Positions 23,601-35,571 of a stretch of 64,000 bases of DNA are shown here, piece after piece. The DNA comes from Neodothiora populina. Taxonomy: Eukaryota. A model generated the notes under the pieces. The model ran no database searches and was not told the DNA's origin. It was given only the letters and a program-made list of their open reading frames with translations. The position numbers and the translations under genes are program-made. The DNA lies in NCBI RefSeq assembly GCF_041146345.1, contig NW_027191404.1:124001-188000 (forward strand), in the 5' to 3' direction. Numbering within the stretch: position 1 is the stretch's first letter; each line of letters begins with the position of its first letter.

Positions 23601-26119
23601 GCGTCTTCGTCATTCTCCACCGTTTGCTTGACGTCCGGAGGGAGTGATGACGGAGGGGGCATTGACGGGGTTTCTGGGGCAGGGATGGGAGGTGCCGGCT
23701 GAGGGATCTCAACCACCTCGACAGGATCGACGAGATTGACTACTTCTTTCTCCACCGTTTCGCTCTCGGCCTTCTGTGATTCAGTCTTTTCCTTTTCTGC
23801 TTTCCTTGACCTTTCCGCAACATCAACCTTCTCCTTCTTGACTGTTTTCTCCGCCTTTGCATTCTTGTCGACCTTTTCGGTCTTACTGGACTGTTTACCA
23901 GACTTGGACGACTTTTCAGCCTTCTCCGGTTTATCCTTCTTCAAGCTCGAGGGGAATTTTTGGGCGAGTTTGTCCTTCCGTTTTGAGAACTTCAACTTGA
24001 TAATCTTTCGCTTGGGCGGACTTGATCGCCGCTTGACACGGAGTGGTTCGTCGTCGGACGAGTTAAGTTCGATATCATCATCGAGGTCGGACAAAGGACT
24101 GTCAGAATCGGACAGCTCTTGCATGTCTTCGTCTTCGCCGTCTCTAGCATTGTCCGGTAGCTTGAAGATTATGGTGATGGTCTGGATGATGATTTCGCTG
24201 CCGTGGTATAGCCTGGTAGACCCGCCCGTCTCGATGCGCTCATTGTTGTGGAAAACAGTGTTGCGACCAGTGACAAACATCTCCCAGTATCCTTGCTCCA
24301 GGTTGTATTCGATCCTCACATGTCGTCTCGAGATACCCTTGAAGGAGGCACCGGTCTGTGGGTGAATGGGAATAAGTGGACACTGATACGCATGATCCGG
24401 AAGACCTTCTGGGAGGCCTCTGGGAGGCGTGACAGCTTCGTGATGCCACAAAAGGTCGAGAGGATTGGCATGTAGCGTGTTCGGGTCCAGCGAATGGGAA
24501 GAATTAGAGGAGCGAAAGTTCTTCTTTCTTTTTCGCCTGCTGGTTCGCGACCCAGCCTCCTCACTGGAGGAGTAGACATTGACACCCATGATGCCTCCGA
24601 CTTCACTGACATTGCTGACGCTCATAGCCGGGGCTGGATAACGATCCCGCTCTCGTTCGAGAGAAGCGGTGCCGGTGTCGCGTGGAGACCTGGCTTCGTC
24701 GCCCATCAGCTGCCCCTCCTCGAGCTGCCTCTTCCGTCTTTCAGCCATTTCTTTCCGCTCGTTTCTCTCTCTTTTCTTCCGTAGTTTGCCTAGCTTCCGT
24801 TCATGTTTGTGAGCATTGACGTCGCGACCAAGTTCCACAGCATAAGTATGGACATAGAAGTCACCATCAGGAAATGACAATTTAGCAAATGCTTGCATTG
24901 GGTCGGGTTCTTCTTGGGGTTGTTCTAACGAGTCGAGAAGATCAGGCGCGTCGGGCATACTCATGGCGTCTGTAAGGGCATCCGCAGACATAGATACGGG
25001 GGCAGCATCCGTCAAAGTTACCGGAGCTAAGATGTTACTGGACGTGGCATCATCAATGCCATCGATTTTAAAGAAGTCCTCAGTAATCGGTGGAGCCTCG
25101 GAGAGTGCCTTGACAGGAGTTTGAGGGACTGTCGGTGGAGGCAGCGATCCGGACTGCGCGTCGAGCATTGGTTGTGCCAAGTCCGAGGTAGGCGGTAAAG
25201 ACTGCGCATATTCTGGCTGAGCAGGAGCAGGCTGCACTAATTCGGCCTGGGTCATTGTCGGCTCAGGATTGGGTTCGGAGAGTTCAGGCAGTGGTTGTTC
25301 GGTTGTTGAAATCAACCCTTGTTCGGTCGAGGGAAAGGGAGGCACGCTTGTATCTAGATCCGCCGCATCCATCGTAATCGCTGCCGAAGAGCTCGTCGCT
25401 TGTACTTGGGCGGTTGAAGGTAAGACAGGCGATGGATCTGACGCGTTACCAGACTGGTGTACATTCTCTACCTCGGGGGCCGAAGTCATATTAGACTGCT
25501 GTGGTAGTTGCGCCCCTTCTTGTGCCTGTCCGTTCGATACAACAAACTCATCCGTTTCCTTTGCTTTATCCTCTTTCTCTTGCCCAAATGCGTGATCTTG
25601 CTCCTGCTTCTGTCCTTCCTCTGATAACTGCGTGTTCGATGAGATCTGGCCCACTGCTAGTGTGGGTTCTTGCTGTCCCGGCGAAAGTGGAAGTGAGGAT
25701 GTCTGTTCCTTCCCTGTAGGCGCTAGCGGTGAACCGGAAGATGTTAATAAGGCAGGCGCGACCGACTGTTGTGAGTGGTCTGCCGAGCCCAACGCGGCTG
25801 GAGAAGGCGCAACATCTTCCAGACCAGAGGGATGGGAAGGAGCAGTGTCATCCGGTGATAACGAGTTCGCAGAGTCCGCGTTTGTTGCTTCTTCCTCCAA
25901 AGAACTCGCCGCAGGTGCTATTCCGTCTGGTGGCTCAGCGGTCGTATATATCGATGAAGAGGAGTTCTGCATGTTGTCCAGCGTCTCGGCACGATGCTCG
26001 CTGTCAGCGCCATCGCTCACAGGTAATGGAAAGGTGTGTGCGAGCGTGGAAGGTACTGTTCCGGCCCTTGATTCATGCTGCTGCGGCGCATGCGTGATTG
26101 CTTCCACTTGAAGTTCCAT
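20648..26119 (-). CDS. FHL1: FHA + forkhead domain transcription factor (Fhl1-like), 1823 aa, single exon
   Basis: FHA motifs (AFAKL..PDGDFY..VELGR; GISRRHVRIEYN; GRN), forkhead (KPTQTYVVLIHEAL...YPFFK...GWQSSVRHNL...GKGRLW), long P/Q-rich tail. Orthology inferred from domain order. Confidence 0.85.
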   Translation of the reverse strand: MELQVEAITHAPQQHESRAGTVPSTLAHTFPLPVSDGADSEHRAETLDNMQNSSSSIYTTAEPPDGIAPAASSLEEEATNADSANSLSPDDTAPSHPSGLEDVAPSPAALGSADHSQQSVAPALLTSSGSPLAPTGKEQTSSLPLSPGQQEPTLAVGQISSNTQLSEEGQKQEQDHAFGQEKEDKAKETDEFVVSNGQAQEGAQLPQQSNMTSAPEVENVHQSGNASDPSPVLPSTAQVQATSSSAAITMDAADLDTSVPPFPSTEQGLISTTEQPLPELSEPNPEPTMTQAELVQPAPAQPEYAQSLPPTSDLAQPMLDAQSGSLPPPTVPQTPVKALSEAPPITEDFFKIDGIDDATSSNILAPVTLTDAAPVSMSADALTDAMSMPDAPDLLDSLEQPQEEPDPMQAFAKLSFPDGDFYVHTYAVELGRDVNAHKHERKLGKLRKKRERNERKEMAERRKRQLEEGQLMGDEARSPRDTGTASLERERDRYPAPAMSVSNVSEVGGIMGVNVYSSSEEAGSRTSRRKRKKNFRSSNSSHSLDPNTLHANPLDLLWHHEAVTPPRGLPEGLPDHAYQCPLIPIHPQTGASFKGISRRHVRIEYNLEQGYWEMFVTGRNTVFHNNERIETGGSTRLYHGSEIIIQTITIIFKLPDNARDGEDEDMQELSDSDSPLSDLDDDIELNSSDDEPLRVKRRSSPPKRKIIKLKFSKRKDKLAQKFPSSLKKDKPEKAEKSSKSGKQSSKTEKVDKNAKAEKTVKKEKVDVAERSRKAEKEKTESQKAESETVEKEVVNLVDPVEVVEIPQPAPPIPAPETPSMPPPSSLPPDVKQTVENDEDAAMIQALKSEPGPSETPPAIPAELPPGSVLVGVAPEDIPAKRKGPGRPPKNGVMSKRDEAIIKRLTKELQKQGKMVPSLNELLAMARAEGGTKKDKEERFGEDGKLILEGSITPGPSVSIDPSIMQSVEGASQGTPQIANQATPDKDSKPKRVVRTPSPQKPESEYTEEELKKPTQTYVVLIHEALSKSTTGIMDLQQIYDAMQKMYPFFKYRAGTSGWQSSVRHNLISSEAFQEAGKIGKGRLWKINPDVSIDKEKKRKAPTPPPQTPPQYPYYGNNQYPYGPPQNGGQQYPPYARPSPYGTPYGPPAAPPGGRPPVAAPPQKPGTYYSPYASNPMGGAHASPYGPPSRPPYAAYPPQTPGQPGQPSRPAPGTYGAPPPVRQQPMGGQPQQSINGQPPPMGQQQQQHKPNGQPQQAQYPQQPNSQFAPRQAVPQQQQGQYQQPTQYQNSQNGQGQALSPYAAPQNQPPPSQPPPPTQQPGGIDISKAISNIMAYQAQYMAGFTQGKESDDARAMFTKAMTRAISGGNQTGGFESQAEENLTKKIGEIYAQSRFDPAPAPAPPAPTQAPPQQSTHPPQPSTQYTSTHHNPSPAPSATPMPHAPAARPPLPMNTTPAPPQGNIPARYLPAQYNPQANAGAASQPRTTQASPPGQVQQPQQQRPGSSSDAHLAQALGGYTSSQPAPSPAMPRQVSVPQNQQQTPSQYRPQGQTQHPTSASPAPMAQSAGLGQPNSPGSLAQAPIQAPQQGPMSTTPSQTSATHAQTGHMQPNPQSTVVNNTSSMPFTGTPNQQPPRPTFTPTPQSTQGNNIPPRPTFAPSPVTGSSVNTASRSTNVFSGRSEAAGGPAAPNTASAMPASTPAAVRSSTGSAPQAQVQASPAPAPASVAVQPSTDSAPQAQVSASPAPTPASAAVQQPTGTAPQAQVQVSSNPENETSVNGSLKRPIELDGDDYSGTNPKKVKLDDGNGGNSSTPAPATTEAPAGDA

Positions 26120-27028
26120 TGCGACTGCGATTGCGACACGGATACTGAGAGTCTGTACATTTCTTGTTGTTCTGTCTTGGTTTCAAGAGAGACTTGGTTA
26201 AATCGACCGAATACCATCTGGTCGCATCTCTTCTTCGTTTTGCTTGGTTCTGATTCTCGAGATTAGTTACCAAAAAACCCGAAATGGCCTGGTTCCGCCG
26301 TCTATAACTTTTCTCCAGTTCTTTAGGAAGTTTGGAGAAAGACGTTCCGACGAATGGGAGGCTCGCATTGACCATATGCTAAAGCGGCAGAGGCGGGCGG
26401 TGAGAAAAGAAGAATCGGACTTTGCGATCCCTTGACTCCGCATAGACCCACCACGCCACCTCGAACTTTATCTGACAATTAGGATGGTTGTTTCTGTGAT
26501 GGTGCTGGTATATGATGGTCTCTATCAAGGGTTTTTCCTTTTCATTCGTTCTATGAGTCGTGCATACCATGACACAGCCGATGATTCTTGGCTAATTGAC
26601 TCTGTTGATCCCAGCCAGATGCTACCATGATTACCTTAGGCAGCCAACGCTGTCTCTTGTAGATGCTGAGCTCGGCCCATATCACATGCGACATGATGTG
26701 AGGCTCTGATGGATGCCAAGGTCACGGCTATATTGTGCAAAAGCCCTTAGTTGAAGCTTCAGATCTGAGACTCCACTCGGGCCTTTTCTGCTCTTTGCTG
26801 AGTTCATTGGTTGCGAATGACTCTTGGACAGTAGATATAATTGTTATAGGCAGGCTTATACACTGGAGAAAGACATGTGATTATGGAGAACGCCACCACA
26901 TCATATCAATCAACTCGTGCATTAGACAGAAGAAGCCATTGCAGATATTCACATACATCTTATCCAATATACTTGTCGCCCTCTATCTTAGATACCTAGT
27001 CCAGAGGCTACACCAACACAGCACAAGA

Positions 27029-27991
27029 ATGGCACCAAAACCAAAGTCAAAACCAACGACCAAAGCCTCGACCGGAGTTCCCAGATTGCAACAGCAGCAA
27101 CCACAACAACCACCCCAACGGCCGAATTGGCCCGCACTAACCCCCCTGCCCTCCCCTCTCGACCTGACCCTCACAACTCTAGTTCCAAACCAAATCCTCA
27201 CAATCCCCAATCTCTTCACTTCCTCTCTGTGTCAGAAATACGTTTCGTTCCTCAAGTCTCTGCCTCTGGTGACGACGCCAGGGAAGCCCAAGCGCGGAGA
27301 CGCCGTGCGGGTCAACGACCGGTATCAAATCGATGATGCGGAGTTTGCGCGCCGGTTGTGGGAGGAGACGGCGCTGAAGTCTCTTGTGCTGCAAGGGGAC
27401 GTTGACTACGATGGCGATGGCGTGAACGACGGCGATGATGAGGCGCAAAAGGAGAAGAGGCGACGAGAGGTTTGGGGCGGAGAGGTCGTGGGCTTGAATC
27501 CGAATATTAGGATTTACAGGTATTCCGAGGGCCAGTTCTTCGATCAGCATTGTATGTATTTTGTCCGATTCCTATCTCTTTCCCTCTCTCCCTTTTCAAA
27601 ACCTCCTAGCCCTTTCCTCTTCCCCCGACACAAAGGGAAAAGACCCATGTGCCCCCAACGCCACAACTAATAACAACTCCCCCAAGACGACGACTCAAAC
27701 ACCATTCTGATCCCGGCCTCCCCATCCCAACCAGCAGGCAAACCCCTCCCGGCAAAAACAACCTGGACCCTCCTGCTCTACCTAACGACCTGCTCCGGCG
27801 GAGAAACCGTCTTCTACCCGGACCCACCAGCAGGGAAACGCACCAAAAGCGCGCCGCCCATATCAGCCGCGCCGGAGGTCGGGCTCGCGCTGTTGCACAG
27901 ACATGGGGGCGAGTGCATGTTGCATGAGGGCAAGGAGGTAAGGGGTGGCGAGAAGTGGGTGCTCAGAAGTGATTTGTGCGTGAGACGGTAG
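27029..27991 (+). CDS. 2-oxoglutarate/Fe(II)-dependent dioxygenase (prolyl-4-hydroxylase-like)
   Basis: Intron 27552-27686 joins FFDQH|YDD (HxD); TLLLYL, GGETVF, MLHEG (distal His), KWVLRSD; TAG 27989-27991. Confidence 0.9.
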
Positions 27992-28511
27992 GATTGATGG
28001 ACCGTTTGGGGTGGAAGCCGATGGATGGGGGGTTGAATGGAAGGCCTTATGTTCTCCTCTGGGCAAGGCTTGGAATTGGCTGCGCTGGGTTTTGCTGCGG
28101 ATGGCTGTTCTGGAGGATAGGACTCGTGATGACTGGTATTTACTCCCGTCTAGTCTGGCAGAGTGCACTGTTCCAACGTCTATATACCTACGTATGCATC
28201 ACAACGATGTCGTCTTCCGCTCACCACTCACTCTACCTCGATTTTGGCCTTGACTTTGAGATGTTGTACTTTCTTTTGCTACTCTCTTTCCCGAAAGGTT
28301 CGACATGGCATGTTAAGATATGTATATCTATATTCTCAGTATATATATTGGTTCTTGGTCTGTGTGAAGCAAAGTATACAGCGTTACACTCTGTGCGTAA
28401 GGAGTAGTGACGGCATGCATACTATATACGAAAAAACCTCCGAGATCCGAAATGATGTATCAGACCACGCATGATCCTATAACACCATGATAAAGCGCTT
28501 TTTCAACATTC

Positions 28512-30427
28512 TCAGCTCTCGTACCCCTCCCGAGCGACGGCGCCAGCTCTGCCCTTTTCGATGTCCCTCTCTTCATAGATGGCGGCTCCGGTCCGGCCCA
28601 CTCCGCCAGCGTATGCTTCCGCGTCTCCTCGCTGCATAGCCTCCTTCTCCATGTTCTTCTCTGCAGCTCTCAGCCTCTTGTCGTCCTGTCTTTTTTGATC
28701 CTCTCTCATTCTTGAGATCAGCGCGCTTGCCTTTCGGATCGCTGCGCCTTTGTAGTAGAAGATGACCGGGATGGGAATGCAGATCACTTCTACGAGACCG
28801 AGAAGCGTGCCTGCCCAGTGGGGTCCGAGGGTGGCGTACATTGATGGTCCAGCCAGAGGCAGACAGGCGCCCATTACCGATCGCAGAACCGCGTTCCCGG
28901 CCAAGGCACTGGCTGCGTAGATGCTGTAACTGTGCACAAGGTAGTTGCTCGAGTAGATGAAGACAGCCGAGTTTCCTGCACCGAACGGGATGCCCGCGAG
29001 GATGGGGACGATCCAATGGACGTTCTTTGTGCAGGTCCATGCGAACCAGATTTCGCCGATCGCGAGCAGCACGGCGCCGATGCACACGACGCTCACCATT
29101 GCCTCGGGGGGTAGTTCGCCGGTTTCCGGGTCTCGTTTATGAGCGTTGATCATGCGTCGTAACAAAGGTTCGCAGACGATGGTGATTAGAGTACCAGCAC
29201 CGATGCCGCAGAACGCCAGACCAGAGATGCCGTAAGACCAGCCGCGTAGGTCGGTGAATACGATAGGGTAGGCGACGAAACAGAGATAAAGCACGCCGTA
29301 GACAATAGCAATGTACACATCCCAGAAGATACTGCGCAGTGTGTTAGTTAGCAGACACATGGAGCACATTACAGCAGATAGCAACTCATAACATACCAGA
29401 TTGGCTCGGTAAACACCATGACAAAAGGCCGACTCATGTTGACCTTTAAAAGCGGCAAGAACTCCTTCTTCTCATCATATCGACTGAACCACCTGTCATC
29501 GCCAGTCTCCTTTCTTCTTTGTGCAGCTCGCTTCCTCAGGAGTGCTGGAGCATAAGTCTCCTTCACCATGGCAATCAGGAAGAAGCCAGCACCACTGAGG
29601 ATCATGACCATCCAATTCGTCCATCTCCAACCAAGATACTGAAAGGTAAAGCCGCCGATGACAGGACCAAATACAGGTCCGTTCATGGGTCCGATCGACC
29701 AGATGCTAAAGGCCAGTGCACGGTACTCCTCGACCACAATGTCATTGACGGAACCTGGAGCGTTCGATATCATAGCTGAAGCGGCCAAAGCGCCGAAGAA
29801 TCGCGTGATCAATATCGCCTCGATGTTCTTGGCCAAAGCGCATGGTAGGACCAAGACGACAAAAAGAGCCATAGCCATGATGTAGATTGGTCGCCGTCCA
29901 TACATCTCACTCAAGGGCGCAAGGATGACGGATCCGACCGCCATACCCAACAAGTACGTGGTGACTCCCAAGATACCAGTGGTTTCGTTAATGCCAAATG
30001 CGACCTGTAGACCCGGGATACTAGACGTGTAAGAAGTACTGTAGAGGACGACTGTAGATGTTCCATAAGACATTGCGAAAATGATGAAGCTTTTGTACCA
30101 TAACGGCCAATTTTTGGGATTGCCAGAATCGTTCTCTTCCCAGTCGATCTCGAAAGCAGGATCCGTGGTATGTGTTGTGATTATGGTAGCTCCGGTAGCA
30201 TTGCGTCTCAATGCTGCATCGGCATATCCTTCAGCACCAGATGCATAGCTCACAACCTTTTCTAGAGCTTGCTCTCGAGGTTCTCCGTTACGCGCTCCTT
30301 CTACCTGGATAGTATGTATCGAAATGTCATCATCTTCGCTTCTGACAGATTGGCTGTATGAAGTCGCAGTCGGAGCAGACGACAGAGAAGTCTGGTGAGT
30401 GGCCGATATTTCTTTCTCCTCAGCCAT
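28512..30427 (-). CDS. MFS drug:H+ antiporter, DHA1 family (TPO/FLR-like)
   Basis: NPKNW..K, APLSEMYGRRP, GPVFGPVIGG, WRW, ETYAP, EPI motifs; one intron near 29332-29396. Confidence 0.93.
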
Positions 30428-32235
30428 CGCGAAATGTTATTTCCGAGGCTATTTGTTTGATTTTATGATTATGGTGTTGATTAGAGTGCACTCCTGGCCG
30501 TTGACAGAAGAAGCTCGTGATAGAGTGATATTTGTTCTCGTAACAGTCCGTCTAAATCGTCTCTTCGTAGAAATGACCAAACACTTCTCGCCTCACTCTA
30601 TCCAGTCAATCCAGTCGGAAGAGATCGCGACTACTTTTATTATCTTGAGCCAAAAGGAAAGTCTTCTCTGCAGACCGCAAGGGCTCTCGAATCGATTCGC
30701 CGAGGGAAATCGAGAAAGCTGTGATTCATACAGATTACAAAGAACCAATCCAGTATGAAATCCTTAAAAGTACCAGTCCGCGAGGAGGCAAGCGTACCGC
30801 AGTACTGTCGTGGCAGGCAAGAAGCTAGGTGTAGGACAATGACCTAAAGTGGCAGGTAACAATAAATGTACTCGTGCCTGACTGTTTTTGCCGTTAGCCG
30901 GACGTATGACCGACTTGTCGATAAGCGGGCGGGGATGCTTGCCCGTCCTTCTAGTGGGCCGTCGCCAAGCTTGTACCTCGAGGAGGAAAAAGACCCTGGC
31001 CGAAAGTAAGACGAGTAATGCTCCTCCAGAACGAGTCAGAGGAGATCTGGAACGTATGACAATAGGACTGTGTGATTGCTTCTCAGCACTCGTCGCGACC
31101 GAGGAGGGAATGGTCCAATGATGAGCGACTAGCAGCGTAGTAATAAGACAGACACAGTCTGATCCCGAAAAGCAAAAAGTATGCAAGCAAGTACGTCGGC
31201 TCGGCAGATAGAAAAGACAAACCGGCTCGAGATGAGGAAGATTAAATGGATTGAAAAGAAGAAGGCGAACAAAAGAGGCTCGACGGCTGAAGTTATAAGC
31301 GTAGGTATCAAGGATGGCCAGACGTTGGGGCCTCTACTTTTTTCTTCTTCTCTTTGACACCGCACGCACGCACATACGAGGTGTACCTTACGCCGCAGAG
31401 ATAGAGAGAAGGTGCATTCTGGTGACTCCCACTTCGCAGCACAGTGCACAGCGTAGATCAAGCTTTTGGCGAGATCACTATAAGTCTTGGGTTTTCGGCC
31501 AATGAATCCACCGATACAGGTACGCGCGCTTAGCGTCGGGCGAGGCAATCCTGACCTCAAATCTTCAAGCAGCAGCACTTGATTATATTAGTCTGATTCA
31601 TTTCCTTCTCTGCTTACCGTCGAGCACTTTGTGAATATCATTGCAGACTCGAGTATACTAGGAACCGTGTTCGTACACCCTCCAAGCAAACTTACAAAGT
31701 ATAAGCTATTGTCCAAGACGCGATATCCACAAAGCGGAATTGTACAACAGTTGAAGTTGCGATTGGGCTTGTTGGGGTACTGCACGTCTCTCCGCGTGCG
31801 GACCAGTTCCGTGCTCCTATCTATGCGCTAATCTACCGAATGCAGGGAGCACCGGTTAAGACGGCACCTACAGTCCTGGCAATACGTGGGGGCCGTATAC
31901 AGTACAGTCATCGCGGCTATAGATGAAGCAGTCACGAAAGTCGCAGGCTTATAGTAATCGGTCAGGATGTCTGGCGGCTAATGTGATACAACAATACCTT
32001 AGGTAGGCTTGGTCCTCGTCGATGACAGGGCGCTTGGTATCATCTTGCAGCCTCAGTCGTACTTGTTATCGCATTGATTTCATTCAAGCAATGCTGCTGG
32101 TGATGTTAATAGCTTAGGAGAATGTTGATGTCGACCTAGAGACCTTCCCTCGCCGAAAAATAGAATAATAAATGATTATAGGGGCTCCGCCAGGCTACCA
32201 AATCTCATCAACTCGTCATGCCCGTCCCTGCTTCA

Positions 32236-34709
32236 TCAGATGCTCATGTCTGAGGCCTTGTCAGCCAGGGCAGCGGCCATTATTGGATCAGCGGTGGCCT
32301 TTTTGTAGACGTCCCAAGGCGTCAAGGTGCCGAGAGCCCGACGCATGTGGGCATTAACCAACTGCAGTCCATACACATAGGATGCGTTGACCCAGCCGAA
32401 TCTATTCAAGAGTCAGTATATATCGACATCGATGCGCATCCGACGTTCGTGTGAAACTCACCCTTCCTTTGCCACTCCTTTGAAGTCGCTGCCTTGGTTT
32501 CCGTACTCGGCAGTGACCTTGTGCGGATGAAGTGGTTGCGTCACATCATACTTCTCGACCACAATGCCGTTGAAGTCGACAAAAGACTTGGTCACCATGA
32601 AGAGCCAGCGGTATGCGAGTCGCTGGGCCTCCTCGACGTAGCCGAACCTCATAAGTCCGGTCCAAGCAAGGATTTGCTGTGGTGCCCAACCGAATGGGTA
32701 ATCCCACTGTCGATTCGGTCGGTGAAGACCAGTTTCGCCTCGAGACTTCTTGGTGCCCGAGGCAAGACCACCGAGCTCCTCGAATTTTGGAAGGGACTTA
32801 TCTACCAGATCGGCGGCTTGACGAGGAGAACAAACGCCTGCCCACATGGTCCAAAAGGCGGTCGCGGATTCGTAGCCGGTGTGCTTCTTCTCGGCGGTGT
32901 TGTAATCAAAGTACATGCCCTCGTCGGCGTCCCACATGAGCTTGTCCATGGTCAACTTGCGCTTGCGAGCACGACGGTCCCAGACAGCAGAGGTCTCGGT
33001 GTGTCCCGATTTTTGGTGCATGCAGAGGAACTCGTCAGGGATAGCCAGCTTGTCATTGAAGAAATTGCGAATGGTGCGACTAATGTCCATCTCGTACTTG
33101 TAGAGCAAAGAGTTGAGGTCAACAGTGGCGAGGTCGGCGGCGACCCTCTCCAGACGGTAAGAGGTATCGTGGCCGGACTCGCGCACCGCGCGATCGTGTA
33201 GGAAATAATCATCGAGCTCGGGCTCATGAACTTTCTGGTGGTTGTAGGCCTGTACGAACTCCTTGAAGGTCATGTTGTGCTTCTTCGCGTATGGCTCGAG
33301 GACATGTTCGAAATGACTGGCCTCGGTCTCGGGCGGAACTCCAAGCCCAGTAGGCCTGTAGCGCGAAAGACCGGACTCGGGATCCAGACGAGGCGCAGCC
33401 ATCCAGACGCTGTAGTACTCCTTGATTGCGGCGAAGATGGCATTTCTCAAAAAGTCCAAAGCATCAGGCTCGTGACTGATATGCTCGTACACGCGCAGAG
33501 CCATGTCGGTAAGGAAGGGCGGCTGAGTCCTGCCGAGATAGTATGTGCGGTTTGCGTTGAGAATCTTGCCGTAGTGTTTGATGCAGAAACAGAAATGCTT
33601 GACCATGGACTTTGCCAGATCGGAACGATCATTGACGAGCAAGCCGAGCGTCTCCATGTAGCTGTCCCAGCCGTAGAGCTCATTGAATCTGCCACCGGGA
33701 ACGATGAACGGCAAGCCCTTGAAGTCAATCTCTCCAGATGGCGTGTCCTGGACTCGCTCCATCTCCAAGGCAAGCAGACCAGGTGCATCGTTCAGGTCGC
33801 GAACGTACTTCTCGTCACCGGGCGTCTTGGAGAGCCAGACGACGTCGAGGTTGATCTCTGGATGCTCACGAGCGATGCGCGTGTAGTATGCGTGTTGTTC
33901 CGGCGCGCCAACAGGAATATATATACGTGGTCTCGGGTTGTCCGTCCAGTCCTTGGGATCTCTCCCGACTTTTGCAATGTTGGAGCCATCGATTCGCCGC
34001 GTGAGGTTTGGCCAGAAGAAGTCCTTGATCAGACGTGACAGACGATGCACCGGGTTCTCGTTCAAACGCGCCTCGTCGAGGACAATTTGTTTCCTGCCAT
34101 GCTCCTTTGCCAAAGCCAGCTCTTGAAGAAGATTGGACAGCATATACGTGCCCCGAACGTCGAAGGTCTTGTAGCCACCGGAGCCGAGAGTGCCCAGTTG
34201 GAGTGTCTTTGACAGCGACAGTCAGCATTGAACACATCTGATCGTCTATGCTGGACTCACCTTTGGGCCCACATCTTCAATGGTGATCTGATAATTTCCG
34301 TCCGAGTCCTCGCGGGACAACAACGCCGCCAATGTCGAGTCGACGTCAATCAGGAATTTACGTGGCAAATCTCCCTGGACATCTTCAACCTGCTGTCAGC
34401 TCCATATTCTGGTCTTGTCATCAGCGTGAAGACTCACCATGACTCATGCGGCGTGCGGTAGCGACATCACGGCCGAGGGCGATTGCTGCATTCGCGCGCG
34501 AAGAGGGATCAACCTGGGTGGCGAAGACGGTGGTCAGCAACGATCTGTTCATCATGTACAGAACCTCGTCATACCGAAGAATATGTTCTGGTCTTGCCGA
34601 CGTTTCTCTCTCTATGAGATTTGCCGTAGTACACTTCAGATGACGAGAAAGGGTCGAGGTCTCCCGATGGCTTCCTCGAGTGTCCAGAGGTGGTTGGTTG
34701 CAAGCTCAT
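32236..34709 (-). CDS. NTH1: Neutral trehalase (GH37) with Ca-binding N-terminal domain
   Basis: ATG 34709 ([25 protein letters not shown]); PKA-type site [17 protein letters not shown] loop; [40 protein letters not shown]; four introns. Confidence 0.96.
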
Positions 34710-34852
34710 GCTATGCAGGGGATCAATGTAGACCAGAACACGTACAAACTACTTTGGGGGGTGTTAAGGAAGCAATTGAAGACACGCTTGTCTGGTGGAT
34801 CAGAGAGACTTGATGGAATCTGGAAATGCAGGTAGAAAAGATGCACAGGCAC

Positions 34853-35571
34853 AGGGGGCGAGACAATATCAATTTCCTTGCTGAGAAGCACCAATAGCGG
34901 TCAAGAGAGCAAACGTCGTCGCTCGACGCTGTGCGTATCGGAGATACTGTACTTTAGGGGCGGTTATTCTGGTTATCTCGAGATTTGCGGGGGGGCAAAG
35001 ACAAAGGAAGCTCAGGTCCCTCTGGTCGATGACGGAGGTGGATGATAATAAAATTGAACAGGGTTCTCTGAGAGTGCAGTAGATAGCGAGGAAAGTAGGT
35101 AATGACAGGGTGTAGTTTCGCCAGCAAACTCTTCGAGTGCTTCAGCTTGTCGATGAAGAAGATCTACAATGTCGTGCAAGGATGATGAGTGAGTTGACGG
35201 GAAGAGGCTGAGAGGAAGAAAATGAAGAGAATTTGTATCGTGTGAGTAGCCGTAGTCCGTGTGTCCTAAGTCTGGAAAGAGCAACTCTAGGGGAGAATAG
35301 CAAGGGGAGGCACAGCGTATAGCGAGAAATGCGGTCCAGTACCTTACCTTACCAGTTCACAAAAATGAAAAAAAGGAGATGATATCACAGGCGCGCATCA
35401 GAGCTTCAAGAACAACTAGAACTCTCTTCATTATTGCCCCCACCAAAACCCACCCGGAGGGGGGGGGGGGGGGGCACACCGGAGGGGTGGGCACAAGAGA
35501 CCCTTAAAAAACTCCAGAAAAAGAGGACCCTTCCCTATAGAAGCAGAGTAAGCTCTGACATCAGTGACGTT
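34853..35571. promoter_or_regulatory. STRE (AGGGG) cluster, G16 run and a TGACGT CRE-like site upstream of NTH1
   Basis: AGGGG at 34853, 34956, 35289, 35303, 35458, 35483; TGACGT near 35565. Yeast trehalase genes are STRE-controlled; function here is inferred. Confidence 0.45.

Noticed and set aside
26735..27028. 98-codon N-terminal extension of the 2OG oxygenase ORF from a GTG start
   Set aside because: Non-ATG start in a eukaryote and UTR-like composition; ATG 27029 is the plausible start.
31129..31578. ORF starting MLLLE, reminiscent of the HOL1 uORF MLLLPS
   Set aside because: Starts with GTG, lacks the PS-stop ending and runs 149 codons.
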